Source: Bacteroidales bacterium
Lineage (GTDB): Bacteria > Bacteroidota > Bacteroidia > Bacteroidales > Paludibacteraceae
Reading direction: 5' to 3'
Assembly: GCA_012837935.1 (NCBI GenBank)
Contig: DUQG01000018.1
Location: 45,620 to 109,619, forward strand
DNA length: 64,000 bases
The position numbers and the translations under genes were made by a program. Below the pieces are notes generated by a model. That model did no database searches, was not told the origin of the DNA, and saw nothing but the letters and a program-made list of their open reading frames with translations. Shown one piece after another: positions 1 to 9,913 of this stretch (position 1 is its first letter; the number at the start of each line of letters is the position of its first letter).

Positions 1-126
1 CAAAGGTAGTGAAAAACAGCGGAATATTATGTTAAAACCTAGTTTTATCTGTTTATGAAAATTTGGCTCAATGCCGGAAGCACGAGCTACTAAAAGTGGT
101 AAAGTAAATTTAATTGTGGAAAAATT

Positions 127-1239
127 TTACAATTCAATCCGCCTTCCTTTTCGTTCTTCTCTCGGGAAAACCCATTCCCAAATGCTTTCACGGCGTTTTG
201 TTTTTGGGGTATAATTGTTGATTTTTGCAGTAAGTGTCAGCATTTGCTCAAAATAGACTTTTCCTTCAGCCACATGCGTTTTGGCAGCGAGTTGACCTTT
301 TACATTTTGGTTGTCGATAAAGTTCCAGTAAAGTTTGTTTTGGAAATAATTTCCACCTTTTAAAAAAGGCGTTCCCCAATACATTTGATTTCCAAAATCT
401 TCGTAATAGCTCATTCGCTTTTGACCAAGGTAAAGCAGATTTTCCATTCCAAAAGCTTTGTATTCTACATCACCACTAGCTACCATTCCAAGCGGCGTTT
501 TGTAGTCATCCATTGCACGTCGGTCACGCTCGTATCCGGCAAGTACTCCGGCAGAAAGTTGAAGCTTATCCAGTCCTTTTTTATTGGAATATTGCACACC
601 GACAGAAAGTTGTCCAAGTAAGTTGTCCGCTACACTCATATTTGGTTGGCTGGGTCGTGTGGTGGCATAGTGAAACACATACGACTGAAAATCGGCAAAA
701 ATATATTTTCCAAATTCCTTGTAAGCCGATGCACCCAAAAAGAAACTTTCTCGCACATCTATACTTTGCAATCCCGTCCAATCAAGCCAAAGTTTTACAA
801 ATTGTCGGTTATCGCCTTTTTGGAAATAAATTCCCTCCATCGTGGGTTTGTAGAAAGCAACACTGTCTTGAAAAAAAAGTGTAGAATAATCATCCAACAA
901 ATTGCTACGTTGAAATGCACCCACTTTTAGCAAAGTATTTTCATCTTTCAGTTGGTAATAAGCCAAGATGTTGAAGTCATTTATAAAATCATCACCACCC
1001 AAACTTTTCAAAGCATCTACACCGCCCATAATGTAGTTTTTTTCATCGAACATCCACCCAACTTCTTGCGTTAGCCTTACGCCTGCCATCGTTTGGTCGT
1101 GCGTAAGTTTTGACTTGGCAAACTCGGTATTGTCAAAAAAGAAATCCAACTTTGTTTCCCACTTAAACTCTTGAGAAAATAGAAGAGTAGGGAAAAACAA
1201 GAAAAACCATACTGTAACTATGCTTAGTTTTGTTTTCAT
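127..1239 (-). CDS. hypothetical secreted / outer-membrane beta-rich protein
   Basis: 370-aa ORF. Signal-like N-terminus MKTKLSIVTVWFFLFFPTLLFSQ. Aromatic-rich alternating pattern suggests an OM barrel. Family not recognised. Confidence 0.5.
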   Translation of the reverse strand: MKTKLSIVTVWFFLFFPTLLFSQEFKWETKLDFFFDNTEFAKSKLTHDQTMAGVRLTQEVGWMFDEKNYIMGGVDALKSLGGDDFINDFNILAYYQLKDENTLLKVGAFQRSNLLDDYSTLFFQDSVAFYKPTMEGIYFQKGDNRQFVKLWLDWTGLQSIDVRESFFLGASAYKEFGKYIFADFQSYVFHYATTRPSQPNMSVADNLLGQLSVGVQYSNKKGLDKLQLSAGVLAGYERDRRAMDDYKTPLGMVASGDVEYKAFGMENLLYLGQKRMSYYEDFGNQMYWGTPFLKGGNYFQNKLYWNFIDNQNVKGQLAAKTHVAEGKVYFEQMLTLTAKINNYTPKTKRRESIWEWVFPREERKGRRIEL

Positions 1240-1251
1240 GTTAAGTGCTTT

Positions 1252-1288
1252 TTGAAAAAATGAGAATTTCCTGCTTTGAGGAAAATTC
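1252..1288 (-). terminator. intrinsic terminator after ZIP transporter gene
   Basis: Imperfect 8-bp hairpin (GAATTTCC / GGAAAATTC) starting at the stop codon, followed on the minus strand by a T-run (tcattttttc). Confidence 0.55.
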
Positions 1289-2067
1289 TAATGCTGATGC
1301 GAACCGTGCAAACTAAAATAGTACATCATGCACAATCCGAGCAGAACAATAAGTATATAAACAATCCAGTTGTTCTCTTTTGTGTTTTTCAGAATCTCAG
1401 GCAATAAGCTTGTAGTAGCCAAATAGATAAATCCACCTCCTGCAATTGGCAAAATATAGATTGAAAAATGCTCTAACTCGTGCCCAATCCAAAGTGCTAG
1501 TACGGTACCTAAAATAGCTGTAGTAGCTACTATAAAATTGTAGAGCAAAGCCTTCTCTTTTGAAAATCCGGCTTTCAGCAAAATACCAAAATCACTAATT
1601 TCCTGTGGTATTTCATGCAGAATAACAGTAACGGTAGTTGCAAAACCAAGTTCCGGTGAAAATATCCACGCAGCACCAATTAAAATTCCATCGGTAAAGT
1701 TATGAATCCCATCCGCATAAAGACTTAGATAGCCATAGGTTTTTACTTTTTTATAAGGTCTCATTTTTGTAGTATCCCTTGCTTTGCTGTTTTGGTGCGA
1801 GTGCAGTAGCTGGTCTACCAAGAAAAACACCATAAATCCACCAAGAATCAACCAAGAAGTTAGATTTGCAGGTTTTAAGTGAAAGTAAGCTTCCGGTAAA
1901 AGATGAAAAAATGCATTTCCCAGCATTGCACCTACCGAAAAACTCATTAAAAGCAATAAACTGCGTTGCAGCTTATCACTTTTCAGTGCAAACAAAGATA
2001 CGCCTATCAAGGAAATAGCACTTACTATAACCGTACTCATTAAGGCATTAAGCCATATATTGCTCAT
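1288..2067 (-). CDS. ZIP family divalent metal (zinc) transporter
   Basis: 259 aa, multi-TM, His-containing loop (HSHQNSK), ZIP signature HEIPQEISDFGILL. Confidence 0.85.
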   Translation of the reverse strand: MSNIWLNALMSTVIVSAISLIGVSLFALKSDKLQRSLLLLMSFSVGAMLGNAFFHLLPEAYFHLKPANLTSWLILGGFMVFFLVDQLLHSHQNSKARDTTKMRPYKKVKTYGYLSLYADGIHNFTDGILIGAAWIFSPELGFATTVTVILHEIPQEISDFGILLKAGFSKEKALLYNFIVATTAILGTVLALWIGHELEHFSIYILPIAGGGFIYLATTSLLPEILKNTKENNWIVYILIVLLGLCMMYYFSLHGSHQH

Positions 2068-2308
2068 TGTATTTCAATTTGTTATCTTACAATAATTGAT
2101 TAGAAAATCATCTGGTTGTACAAAAATTTCCAGATAAACTTCAATCACCATTAATTTACAAAAGTATAAAAATAATCACAAATAATTTGCATTACTTGTG
2201 ATTTTGGATAACGATAACGGGTTTTCATGTTTCATGTTTTGAGCAAAAATGTAAACATAGAGATAAACACCCGAATGAATAAATGGATAAACTCTTCAAA
2301 CTACCCGC

Positions 2309-2785
2309 TTATTTATGCATCAAGACCGTTACATAAGCCGCTATTCCCTCTTGCCTTCCCACAAAGCCCATTTTTTCGCTTGTGGTAGCCTTAATGGAAA
2401 TATCGTCAGCATCTACGGCCATCACTTCTGCTAAGGTTTTCTGCATTTCGGGAATATGTGGATTTAATTTCGGCTTTTCGGCTGCAATGGTGCAATCTGC
2501 ATTCCCAAATTCCCAGCCTCTTTCTCGTACAATTTTCATTACATCTTTCAACAGTATTTTACTGTCAATGTTTTTGAATTCTGCTGCATTATCCGGAAAA
2601 TGAAATCCGATATCACGCATATTGATAGCGCCAAGAATAGCATCACAAAGCGCATGTATAAGCACATCCGCATCTGAGTGTCCTGCCAATCCGAAGTCAT
2701 AATCAATCTTTATTCCACCCAGCCAAAGTTCTCTATCCTTTGCAAATTGATGCACATCATAACCAAAACCTACCCGTATTCTCAT
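2309..2785 (-). CDS. ispF: 2-C-methyl-D-erythritol 2,4-cyclodiphosphate synthase
   Basis: MRIRVGFGYDVHQF...GHSDADVLIHALCDAILGA motifs. Start moved to ATG 2785 (track ORF runs to 2842). Confidence 0.9.
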   Translation of the reverse strand: MRIRVGFGYDVHQFAKDRELWLGGIKIDYDFGLAGHSDADVLIHALCDAILGAINMRDIGFHFPDNAAEFKNIDSKILLKDVMKIVRERGWEFGNADCTIAAEKPKLNPHIPEMQKTLAEVMAVDADDISIKATTSEKMGFVGRQEGIAAYVTVLMHK

Positions 2786-2948
2786 AACTTTTCGTTTTAT
2801 TATATGATAACAACAAAAAACCGCAATAAGTTCAATTATCACGGTTTTTGTCTATTATTATTGATTGAATTGGTGTTTTTGTCTTTTATGATTGTCCACA
2901 ATGCCTCTTGTAATAAATTCTTGTAAAACAAGCGAACAAGTTCGAGCG

Positions 2949-2970
2949 GCCACGACTTAAAAGTCGTGGC
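2949..2970. other. perfect GC-rich palindrome/hairpin (GCCACGACTT aa AAGTCGTGGC)
   Basis: 10-bp arms seen directly. Intergenic between ispF start and porV stop. No T-run. An adjacent mini-palindrome CGAACAAGTTCG lies next to it. Confidence 0.6.
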
Positions 2971-3027
2971 AACTGAAAAAAGTATTAGGAACAAATACGG
3001 ATAATCATTTTATCTTTCAACTCAAAC

Positions 3028-4200
3028 TTATTTCATTAAGTTTTGTAATCCGTTCAAATCAAATCCAAGTGAAAAACGCAATGTTTGGTCAAGCGGATTG
3101 GACTGAGCTGCAGAAATCAGATAAGCTGCATCCAGTTGGAACATATTCAATTTAAATCCAACGCCCGCCGTAAAGAACTTACGGTTACCTTTTGTTGCGT
3201 GTTCGTGGAAATAACCTCCACGTATAAAAAACTGATTGTTGTATGCATATTCAACACCTGTCGACCACATAATTTCTCTCAACTCTTCAGAAGCTCCACC
3301 CGGTGCATCACCAAATGATTTGAAAATCCCTGCAAGTGGTCCCATATTCATATGCTCTTCACGTCTGATAGCAAATTCTTCTGCCGTTTCGCCTTCGCGT
3401 TGAAGTTGTGAAGATGGAATAAGTAGCTTATTAATATCGGCGTTGATAGATATTTTGTTGTAATCATCAAACGGAAATTCAAACGAAGTTCCCAATCTTA
3501 AATTAGTAGGAATAAATATACTGGTTTGATTTTCATCGTAAGAGATTTTTGAACCGATATTAGAAATATTCAAACCGAAAGCTAAGTTTGCTTCACCTGT
3601 GGATACATCAATTGGCGTACGGTAATAAGTTGCCACATCACCGGCAATAGAATTTCCCGGATACATTACGTCAGGACCTGAGTTTACGCCGTTATTCATA
3701 TCAGAACGGATATAGCGGAATGCTACCGCAGCCGACCATTTTTCTGATAAAAGACGAGAATATGCCAAGTCAAAAGCCAACTCATTTGGATGAGCTTGAA
3801 CACCCATATCCGCACCGCTGGCATTGTAAAGATTGATTGCGCCGAGTGAGAAATAACGCAATGAAGCACTTACGGACTGCAATTCATCAAACTTCCAATA
3901 TCCGGCAGCATAAGAAAGGTTAATATCTTTTACCAATTTACTTAACCAAGGGGTAAATGAGAAAGTAAATCCGGCCGGACTTTCCATAAATACATATTTA
4001 GCAGGGTTCCAATATTGTGAATTAATATCCGGATTGGTTGCTGCTCCCACATCACCCATACCACCGGCACGCGCATCAGGGGTAATTGTTAGTGAAGGAA
4101 CACCTGAAAGAGTCGGATTTAATCTATCTTTAGGCTCTTGAGCAATTGCTCCTGCCGCTACTGTCATCAATAGAATTGATACAAAAAAGAGTTTTTTCAT
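3028..4200 (-). CDS. porV: type IX secretion system outer-membrane protein PorV (LptO)
   Basis: Signal peptide MKKLFFVSILLMTVAAGAIAQ. Characteristic N-terminus LSGVPSLTITPDARAGGMGDVGAATNPD..NSQYWNPAKY. Directly downstream of porU. Confidence 0.85.
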   Translation of the reverse strand: MKKLFFVSILLMTVAAGAIAQEPKDRLNPTLSGVPSLTITPDARAGGMGDVGAATNPDINSQYWNPAKYVFMESPAGFTFSFTPWLSKLVKDINLSYAAGYWKFDELQSVSASLRYFSLGAINLYNASGADMGVQAHPNELAFDLAYSRLLSEKWSAAVAFRYIRSDMNNGVNSGPDVMYPGNSIAGDVATYYRTPIDVSTGEANLAFGLNISNIGSKISYDENQTSIFIPTNLRLGTSFEFPFDDYNKISINADINKLLIPSSQLQREGETAEEFAIRREEHMNMGPLAGIFKSFGDAPGGASEELREIMWSTGVEYAYNNQFFIRGGYFHEHATKGNRKFFTAGVGFKLNMFQLDAAYLISAAQSNPLDQTLRFSLGFDLNGLQNLMK

Positions 4201-4266
4201 TCGATATAAAAAATTAGTTTGTGTTTTTTCTGTAAAGTACATCTTTAAAAACGCTATATTTTAATT

Positions 4267-7200
4267 TTATTGCCCTAAGACAATTAATTTATTTGCTTTT
4301 GAGCTTAATTTACTATTTGCGGTTTGTATAGAGATGTTATAAAGATATATTCCCGGCTGAATACGTCGTCCACTTGCATCAATCAAGTCCCAATAAATTT
4401 TTTCTGCACTGTTTTGTTGCATGGTATAAATTTTTCTACCCGAAATGTCAAAGACATCCAGCGTGGTGGTTAATATCACTTCCGGTCTATCATGCTCTAC
4501 CACAAAGGTAGTAGAAGTTTTCGCCGGATTTGGATAGTTACTTACGCTGAAAATTTCAGGTTTTAAGCCCGGCACCACTTCAAAGTCCAGATTTTGGGTA
4601 GTTGAATTATTCATCAAATCCCAAGCGTAAAGCGTTAGCGTATGTTTTCCCGCTTCTAACTGCGGTAGTTTCATCCTTACCCGACCGCTTTGATAGCTAT
4701 CCGTATCTGCCTCAAAATAATCATTTAAGATATATGAGCTAAACGGGTTGTTGTCAATTACCAGTCTCAGATCGTGTCCAATTCCACTTCCCACAGTGTT
4801 TATTCCACTTATATCCGAAATTTTGGCTACAAAAAGCGGTGTCTCATTCACTTTTCCACCCGGCACAAAGTTCGGTGTGTTCAGATACATTTCTACCGTT
4901 GGTCCATCCGTTTCCTCAACAAAATCTGTGCTAGAACCACCCACGATAAAGTTTTCCGTAAAACCTTGCGCTTCTCGGTGTGAATCAGGTTCCGAAGCAT
5001 AATAACTTATCCTTCCACTTCCGTAATTGTAGCGAATGTCGCGCGGTATCATGGTTGTAAAACTAAATTCACCATTTGTAACATTGGCTTTACCGGAATA
5101 AATAACGTTTGAGCGGTCATTATACACTATTCTTCCATCGTTATGATTATCCAGTGTGGTAACACGTTGAATTTTGTCGTACATCGTAATTTCCACTACG
5201 CCATCGAAGTCGCTCACTTTCTGGTTATTACTATCTGCAATGAAACCGGAAAATTTATCTACAGATAATGCTTTTAGTGTGTCTGAACCTGTTAAAAATT
5301 GGTCGTTCAGTTTTTCCGTAATGACTTTATACGGTGTCGGATAGTTCAGCTTCAGAGCTGGATTTCCCAGTAAGACATACGAAAGTTTATTAATTCCTAT
5401 ACCTGCATCTTTTTTTGACATTCGCACTGCATCACCCAGTCGCGGATATTCCCCATTCGTATCTTTTGAAAACAAACTCAAAACAAACAGACGATTTAGC
5501 TTAGCATTTTCCGATGCAAAAACTACACGAGCAGCCGAATACAAACCAATTCCTCCACCTGTTGGATTTAAAAGCACAAATTCTCCGGCAGAAATATTTT
5601 TCACGTCAAAAAGTACAAAGTCACAAGTGGCAGCTACCCAGATAGGCAACTTAGTATTATACATCTCTTTTACGTCGGTAGTGGTGAGGACACCCTCATT
5701 CGACCATCCATGCGGTCCGGCATGTCCCATATAGTTAAGCATAAACAGACCGGAATTAATCAAAGAATGCAAACGAGTTCGAGCCAACGGGTAAGACTCA
5801 CCACTCGCGGTAACTTCCTGTTTGTATGCGTCCAAGTAGATTTTATTGTATTGATAAGCTGGATATGCAGCCTTTGCTTCTTCCACCATTTTATCCATAT
5901 CGCGCATATGTAGCGTGGCATCACCATCATCTGCAACAAATGCAAATTGATTTTTCCAGTTCCCTTTTACCTCGTTTTGCATATAGGCGATATTTTTATT
6001 TACCACATCATCCGCTTGCTGAGTGTTTGACACGGGAAATCGTCCAATTCCTAAATCAATTTTATCCACATGAATATTCACACCTTCGTCATCATCCAAC
6101 ACACCATAATAATCGTCTGTAACATAAGATTTTACTGCATCCAGCGAGTTATCTGCTTGGTAAGTTGGAATTAAATTATCACCGGAGTTAAATATCAAAC
6201 TTCGGTTGTCATACGAGCCTCGTCCAAACAGCAAAAGGTATTTTGGATATTGCTTGTTTGATTCATCGTACCATTTTTTCATTGCCCAACGAATAGCAGT
6301 AGCATCGGCAACTCCGGAAGCAAATTCATTGTAAACTTGCTCGGTAGTAATCACATTTACGCTCATTTGTTCCATTTCACGATGCGCTTTTGCCAATTTT
6401 TCCGCTTGCGACAAAAAATTAGGATGGGTAACAATTACAAATTCAGCGGGTTTCATACCGTGTAGATTCTGGTTGGGAACCACACCTATAGATACAGGTT
6501 CTAAATTAAATGAATTTTTAGCTGTCGGGTCAATGGCGACATATTGTTTTAGCGTTTCATTAGAATCGTAAAACTCAATTACATCACCTATGCGTTTGGT
6601 TTCAATTCGCTTGATATTGCTTTGGTCTGTAATATCCCAAATCTGTACATTTTCATTTGCACCGGAAAGTTGATAGAGACTGTAAACCGATGAATTCAGA
6701 TAATCGGGATTTCTAAAAAACATCACATTCCCGGTCATGGTCAAAGATCGTCTTGCATTTACCGCTAAGTAATTAAAGTACGCTCTGGCACCCGCAGCAG
6801 GTCTATTGTAAGTCAGTGTAAATGTAAGTGAAGGATTTGTGCTGTTGAAAGTCTGTGTTCCGGTATAGCCTTTTCCTAACTCATAGCTATCCGAACTTTT
6901 TTTGGGTATTGATAGGGTTTTATCTTGCGAGTCATTCAGTTTTAGTGTAAAAGATGAAGTTGCACCGGCAGTGGCAGCCACATCAATTTTTACTTTAATG
7001 TCAGCTGAAGTTATATTAGGAAATGAAAAATTATAATTGTAGCTAAGCGGATTGACATTAAACTCATCACCATAAAAAACTTTTCCGGTATTGCCAAGGT
7101 TGATTTTATCCTCATCAATTACCTGATAATCCACAAATTCATTCACAGTTACAGTATCAATGCCGAGCGGTACTGTTATTTGCACATCTTCAATTCGCTT

Positions 7201-8049
7201 TCCTACGCCTGCATCTGAAGTTATAAAATAATAACCTTCTTTGGAATAGTGATTTTGTGTGTGGACAAAAGCGCGCTCAGTGGCATTGTACTCCCAATCA
7301 ACAATTCCATGACCATAAAAAAGGATGTAATCCCCGGCATTAAAAACGCCATCAGCACCTTTGTTCATGTAAATAGCTACCTCCGGCAAATCATCCGGTT
7401 TGAATTTCCGGAAATCCTGACTTAGCAATGCACCGCCATAGCCAAACACTCGCACATTAGCCGGATTGATACCCATAGCGTTCAATGCTTCGTAAGTAAG
7501 TTTGTAAATTCCACTCTCTTTTACACTGACTTTCACAAATTTCCCTGATGCCAATACAGAGTTTTGCTCGTAGGTTCGCACCGTTTTTCTTGCCGTTTCC
7601 GTCTCGGATTTTTCTTTTGAAATTTTTAATTCGTAAGTACTTATTTTCTGAACTTTTCCATTCTTTTTTACAAAGGGAAGAAACTGAAAGTTTACTTGTT
7701 TTATACCTCTATCAGAAGTAACAAATGATTGAACAGCCACATCTTCCTGAATAGAAAGGTCTTTTACTAAAATTTCTTCTTCCGCTGTCAAAGGAATTAA
7801 AACAAGGTTTTGTAGTTCAGCTTTATAGGTTGTGTTTTCTTCAGTTGGAATTGTTTCTATAAAATAGGGTAGGTCGTGCTCACTGGAATACTGCGCATTT
7901 TCAAAAGCTATCACCTTTTTCGAGTAGTCATTGATAGTCCAAGTATCCACGTCAAGCCACTTTATCTTTCGTTGTAATACCGTATTCTGCGCATTTACAG
8001 CAAATGTAAAACAACTCAACAAACTAAAAATCAGGGTTTTTATTTTCAT
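4267..8049 (-). CDS. porU: type IX secretion system sortase PorU (C25 gingipain-like peptidase)
   Basis: ~1260 aa, signal peptide MKIKTLIFSLLSCFTFAVNAQ, large C25-like core, conserved porU-porV pairing. Confidence 0.85.
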   Translation of the reverse strand: MKIKTLIFSLLSCFTFAVNAQNTVLQRKIKWLDVDTWTINDYSKKVIAFENAQYSSEHDLPYFIETIPTEENTTYKAELQNLVLIPLTAEEEILVKDLSIQEDVAVQSFVTSDRGIKQVNFQFLPFVKKNGKVQKISTYELKISKEKSETETARKTVRTYEQNSVLASGKFVKVSVKESGIYKLTYEALNAMGINPANVRVFGYGGALLSQDFRKFKPDDLPEVAIYMNKGADGVFNAGDYILFYGHGIVDWEYNATERAFVHTQNHYSKEGYYFITSDAGVGKRIEDVQITVPLGIDTVTVNEFVDYQVIDEDKINLGNTGKVFYGDEFNVNPLSYNYNFSFPNITSADIKVKIDVAATAGATSSFTLKLNDSQDKTLSIPKKSSDSYELGKGYTGTQTFNSTNPSLTFTLTYNRPAAGARAYFNYLAVNARRSLTMTGNVMFFRNPDYLNSSVYSLYQLSGANENVQIWDITDQSNIKRIETKRIGDVIEFYDSNETLKQYVAIDPTAKNSFNLEPVSIGVVPNQNLHGMKPAEFVIVTHPNFLSQAEKLAKAHREMEQMSVNVITTEQVYNEFASGVADATAIRWAMKKWYDESNKQYPKYLLLFGRGSYDNRSLIFNSGDNLIPTYQADNSLDAVKSYVTDDYYGVLDDDEGVNIHVDKIDLGIGRFPVSNTQQADDVVNKNIAYMQNEVKGNWKNQFAFVADDGDATLHMRDMDKMVEEAKAAYPAYQYNKIYLDAYKQEVTASGESYPLARTRLHSLINSGLFMLNYMGHAGPHGWSNEGVLTTTDVKEMYNTKLPIWVAATCDFVLFDVKNISAGEFVLLNPTGGGIGLYSAARVVFASENAKLNRLFVLSLFSKDTNGEYPRLGDAVRMSKKDAGIGINKLSYVLLGNPALKLNYPTPYKVITEKLNDQFLTGSDTLKALSVDKFSGFIADSNNQKVSDFDGVVEITMYDKIQRVTTLDNHNDGRIVYNDRSNVIYSGKANVTNGEFSFTTMIPRDIRYNYGSGRISYYASEPDSHREAQGFTENFIVGGSSTDFVEETDGPTVEMYLNTPNFVPGGKVNETPLFVAKISDISGINTVGSGIGHDLRLVIDNNPFSSYILNDYFEADTDSYQSGRVRMKLPQLEAGKHTLTLYAWDLMNNSTTQNLDFEVVPGLKPEIFSVSNYPNPAKTSTTFVVEHDRPEVILTTTLDVFDISGRKIYTMQQNSAEKIYWDLIDASGRRIQPGIYLYNISIQTANSKLSSKANKLIVLGQ

Positions 8050-8125
8050 TTTTAAAATCGTCAGTGGGAACAAAAAAATCAATAGTTATAACGAGAAACA
8101 GGCGTTGTTATTATAATTATCAGTG

Positions 8126-8179
8126 GGGACTTTCGGCTTCCAGCCGTTGATTTGGGACTCTCGGTTTCCTAACCGAGAG
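8126..8179. repeat. two tandem related units, each ending in a short hairpin
   Basis: GGGACTTTCGGCTTCCAGCCG and GGGACTCTCGGTTTCCTAACCG. Hairpins are CGGCT-tcc-AGCCG (8134-8146) and CTCTCGGTT-tcct-AACCGAGAG (8158-8179). Confidence 0.6.
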
Positions 8180-8193
8180 AAAATAAGTATATG

Positions 8194-8805
8194 TTACTTC
8201 ACTTGAAAATCAAACATTTTAGTATCAAAAATATAACCTTGCAGTCTATTTCCCATTTCTACTTTTCCTACACCGACAGGTGTTCCGGTAAAGATAATAT
8301 CGCCTATTTTCAACGTGAAGAATCGACTAATATAAGCAATCAACTCATCCACCGGAAAAATCATATCTTTCGAATTGCCACGCTGTACCGTCTCGCCATC
8401 AATATCCAATCGGAAGTCAATATTCTGGATTTCACCCAATGTTTCTTTCGGCAAAAAGTCGCCAATAACTGCAGACCCATCAAAGCCTTTGCAAATTTCC
8501 CAAGGTTTACCCTCTTCTTTCAATCTTCGCTGAAGGTCACGTGCCGTAAAATCCACGCCTAAGCCTATTTCATCGTAGTAACGATGAGCAAATTTAGGTG
8601 CGATATTTTTTCCAATTCGGTTAATTTTTACCAAAAGTTCCGTTTCGTAATGCACTTCATCGCTAAAATCCGGTATGTAAAACGGTTTATTAGCTCGAAG
8701 TATAGCACTATCCGGTTTCATAAAAACTACCGGTTCATTTGGGTTTTCACTTCCAAGCTCTTTGTTATGTTCTGCGTAATTTTGACCTATTGCTATTATT
8801 TTCAT
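8194..8805 (-). CDS. fumarylacetoacetate hydrolase (FAH) family protein
   Basis: MKIIAIGQNYAEH...GTPVGVG motifs typical of FAH/2-keto-4-pentenoate hydratase-like enzymes. Start set to ATG 8805. Confidence 0.85.
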   Translation of the reverse strand: MKIIAIGQNYAEHNKELGSENPNEPVVFMKPDSAILRANKPFYIPDFSDEVHYETELLVKINRIGKNIAPKFAHRYYDEIGLGVDFTARDLQRRLKEEGKPWEICKGFDGSAVIGDFLPKETLGEIQNIDFRLDIDGETVQRGNSKDMIFPVDELIAYISRFFTLKIGDIIFTGTPVGVGKVEMGNRLQGYIFDTKMFDFQVK

Positions 8806-8843
8806 TTTATCTAATAAGTTGTAACTATTAACAACATCCAAAT

Positions 8844-8862
8844 CGTTGGCTGAAAGCCAACG
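8844..8862. other. 8-bp hairpin with GAA triloop (CGTTGGCT gaa AGCCAACG)
   Basis: Seen directly, upstream of the FAH start. Confidence 0.5.
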
Positions 8863-8920
8863 CACCCCACAATCGAACATCTAAACGCCAAACAACAAAA
8901 CACCCGAACTCCGCCAACAT

Positions 8921-8973
8921 TCTTCATTTTCACTCTTCACTCTTCACTCTTTCACTCTACTCTTCACTCTCGC
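8921..8973. repeat. degenerate tandem heptamer (TCTTCAC)n, about 6-7 units
   Basis: tcttcat tttcac tcttcac tcttcac tctttcac tctac tcttcac. Covers the last rex codons (ESEE*) and about 35 nt of 3' flank. Confidence 0.7.
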
Positions 8974-9604
8974 GTAGTTCATTCAGTCGGTTAAACATCA
9001 CCGCCAAGTGCGAATAGATGGATGTGTTCTGTACAATAATATTTTCCGGTACCCGAATTCTAAACGGTGTAAAATTCCATATCGCCTGAATTCCACCCGC
9101 CACCAGCACATCAGCCACAGCTTGCGCTTTATCGGTAGGAACGGTGAGAATACCGATATTCACACCCGTTTGCTTTTGAAGTTCGTTAAATCGCTCTACA
9201 TGATGGATAGGAATTCGATTGATACTGGTTCCGGCAAGTTCATATTTTACATCAAATCCGGCTACAATTTCAAGTCTGAAATGCATCAAACCATTGTCGT
9301 GCATCAATGCACCACCCAAATTTCCCACACCAAACAGGAAAGCCTTGTGTAACTTACTAAAGCCAAGAAATCGCTCCAACACCAGAATTAACTCATTTAC
9401 ATCATAACCTACTCTTGTTTTCCCCGAAATTTTCACATAAGATAAATCCTTCGCCACTTTGGAAGCGTCTATTGCAATATTGTTGGCTATCTGAGTAGAA
9501 GAAAGAAAAGATTCACCCTTGCGTTGTACAAGTTTAGCGTAAGCCAAATACCAGGGTAAACGTCTAAGTGTAGGTTCAGGTACTTTGTATTGTATAAAAG
9601 ACAT
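8957..9604 (-). CDS. rex: redox-sensing transcriptional repressor Rex
   Basis: N-terminal winged helix (RRLPWYLAYAKLV) plus Rossmann GVGNLGGAL, 215 aa. Confidence 0.85.
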   Translation of the reverse strand: MSFIQYKVPEPTLRRLPWYLAYAKLVQRKGESFLSSTQIANNIAIDASKVAKDLSYVKISGKTRVGYDVNELILVLERFLGFSKLHKAFLFGVGNLGGALMHDNGLMHFRLEIVAGFDVKYELAGTSINRIPIHHVERFNELQKQTGVNIGILTVPTDKAQAVADVLVAGGIQAIWNFTPFRIRVPENIIVQNTSIYSHLAVMFNRLNELRESEE

Positions 9605-9645
9605 TATTTATTTTATTTTTTTACATTTCGGTGTATGGAACCTTT

Positions 9646-9662
9646 GATGATTAAAATAATCA
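9646..9662. promoter_or_regulatory. 17-bp perfect palindrome ATGATTA-AAA-TAATCAT (candidate operator 1)
   Basis: Seen directly in the rex/clpB divergent region, 42 nt upstream of the rex ATG. Flanked by CCTTTG/CAAAGG inverted repeats. Confidence 0.5.
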
Positions 9663-9677
9663 TTTCCAAAGGTGTTT

Positions 9678-9694
9678 AATGATTATTTTAATCA
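9678..9694. promoter_or_regulatory. 17-bp perfect palindrome ATGATTA-TTT-TAATCAT (candidate operator 2)
   Basis: Second copy, 32 bp centre-to-centre from the first. Confidence 0.5.
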
Positions 9695-9913
9695 TGTCGG
9701 TTTCATAGATTGATTTGCAAAAATAGTGATTTTTTTTCATTCATATTCTATTTTTAAACAAGTAAGCAGCAAATTAAAAAATTACTGACATTTTGTCGCA
9801 ATATTCTTTTTTACATCCTATTTGCCTGTCGATATGGCTGGTTTTAAGAGTGGTAAGTGTTTTGAAATAATATAGATGATAAAATAATTTGAAACAAATA
9901 AAATACTACGAAT

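Noticed and set aside
2174-2203. Inverted repeat AATCACAA-N14-TTGTGATT about 110-135 nt upstream of the ZIP transporter gene. I considered whether it is a Zur or CRP/FNR-type site.
   Set aside because: The half-sites are in TCACA...TGTGA order with 14-nt spacing, which does not fit CRP/FNR. It has no similarity to the AT-rich Zur boxes I know. A single occurrence is too weak to call.
8881-8973. Repetitive tract checked as a possible CRISPR or minisatellite.
   Set aside because: The units are 5-8 nt tandem heptamers without spacers, and no cas genes are present. It is a simple tandem repeat, not a CRISPR array.
9605-9913. Canonical Rex operator (TTGTGAA-N4-TTCACAA) upstream of rex.
   Set aside because: It is not present. 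The twin ATGATTA-N3-TAATCAT palindromes are reported instead, without assigning them firmly to Rex.
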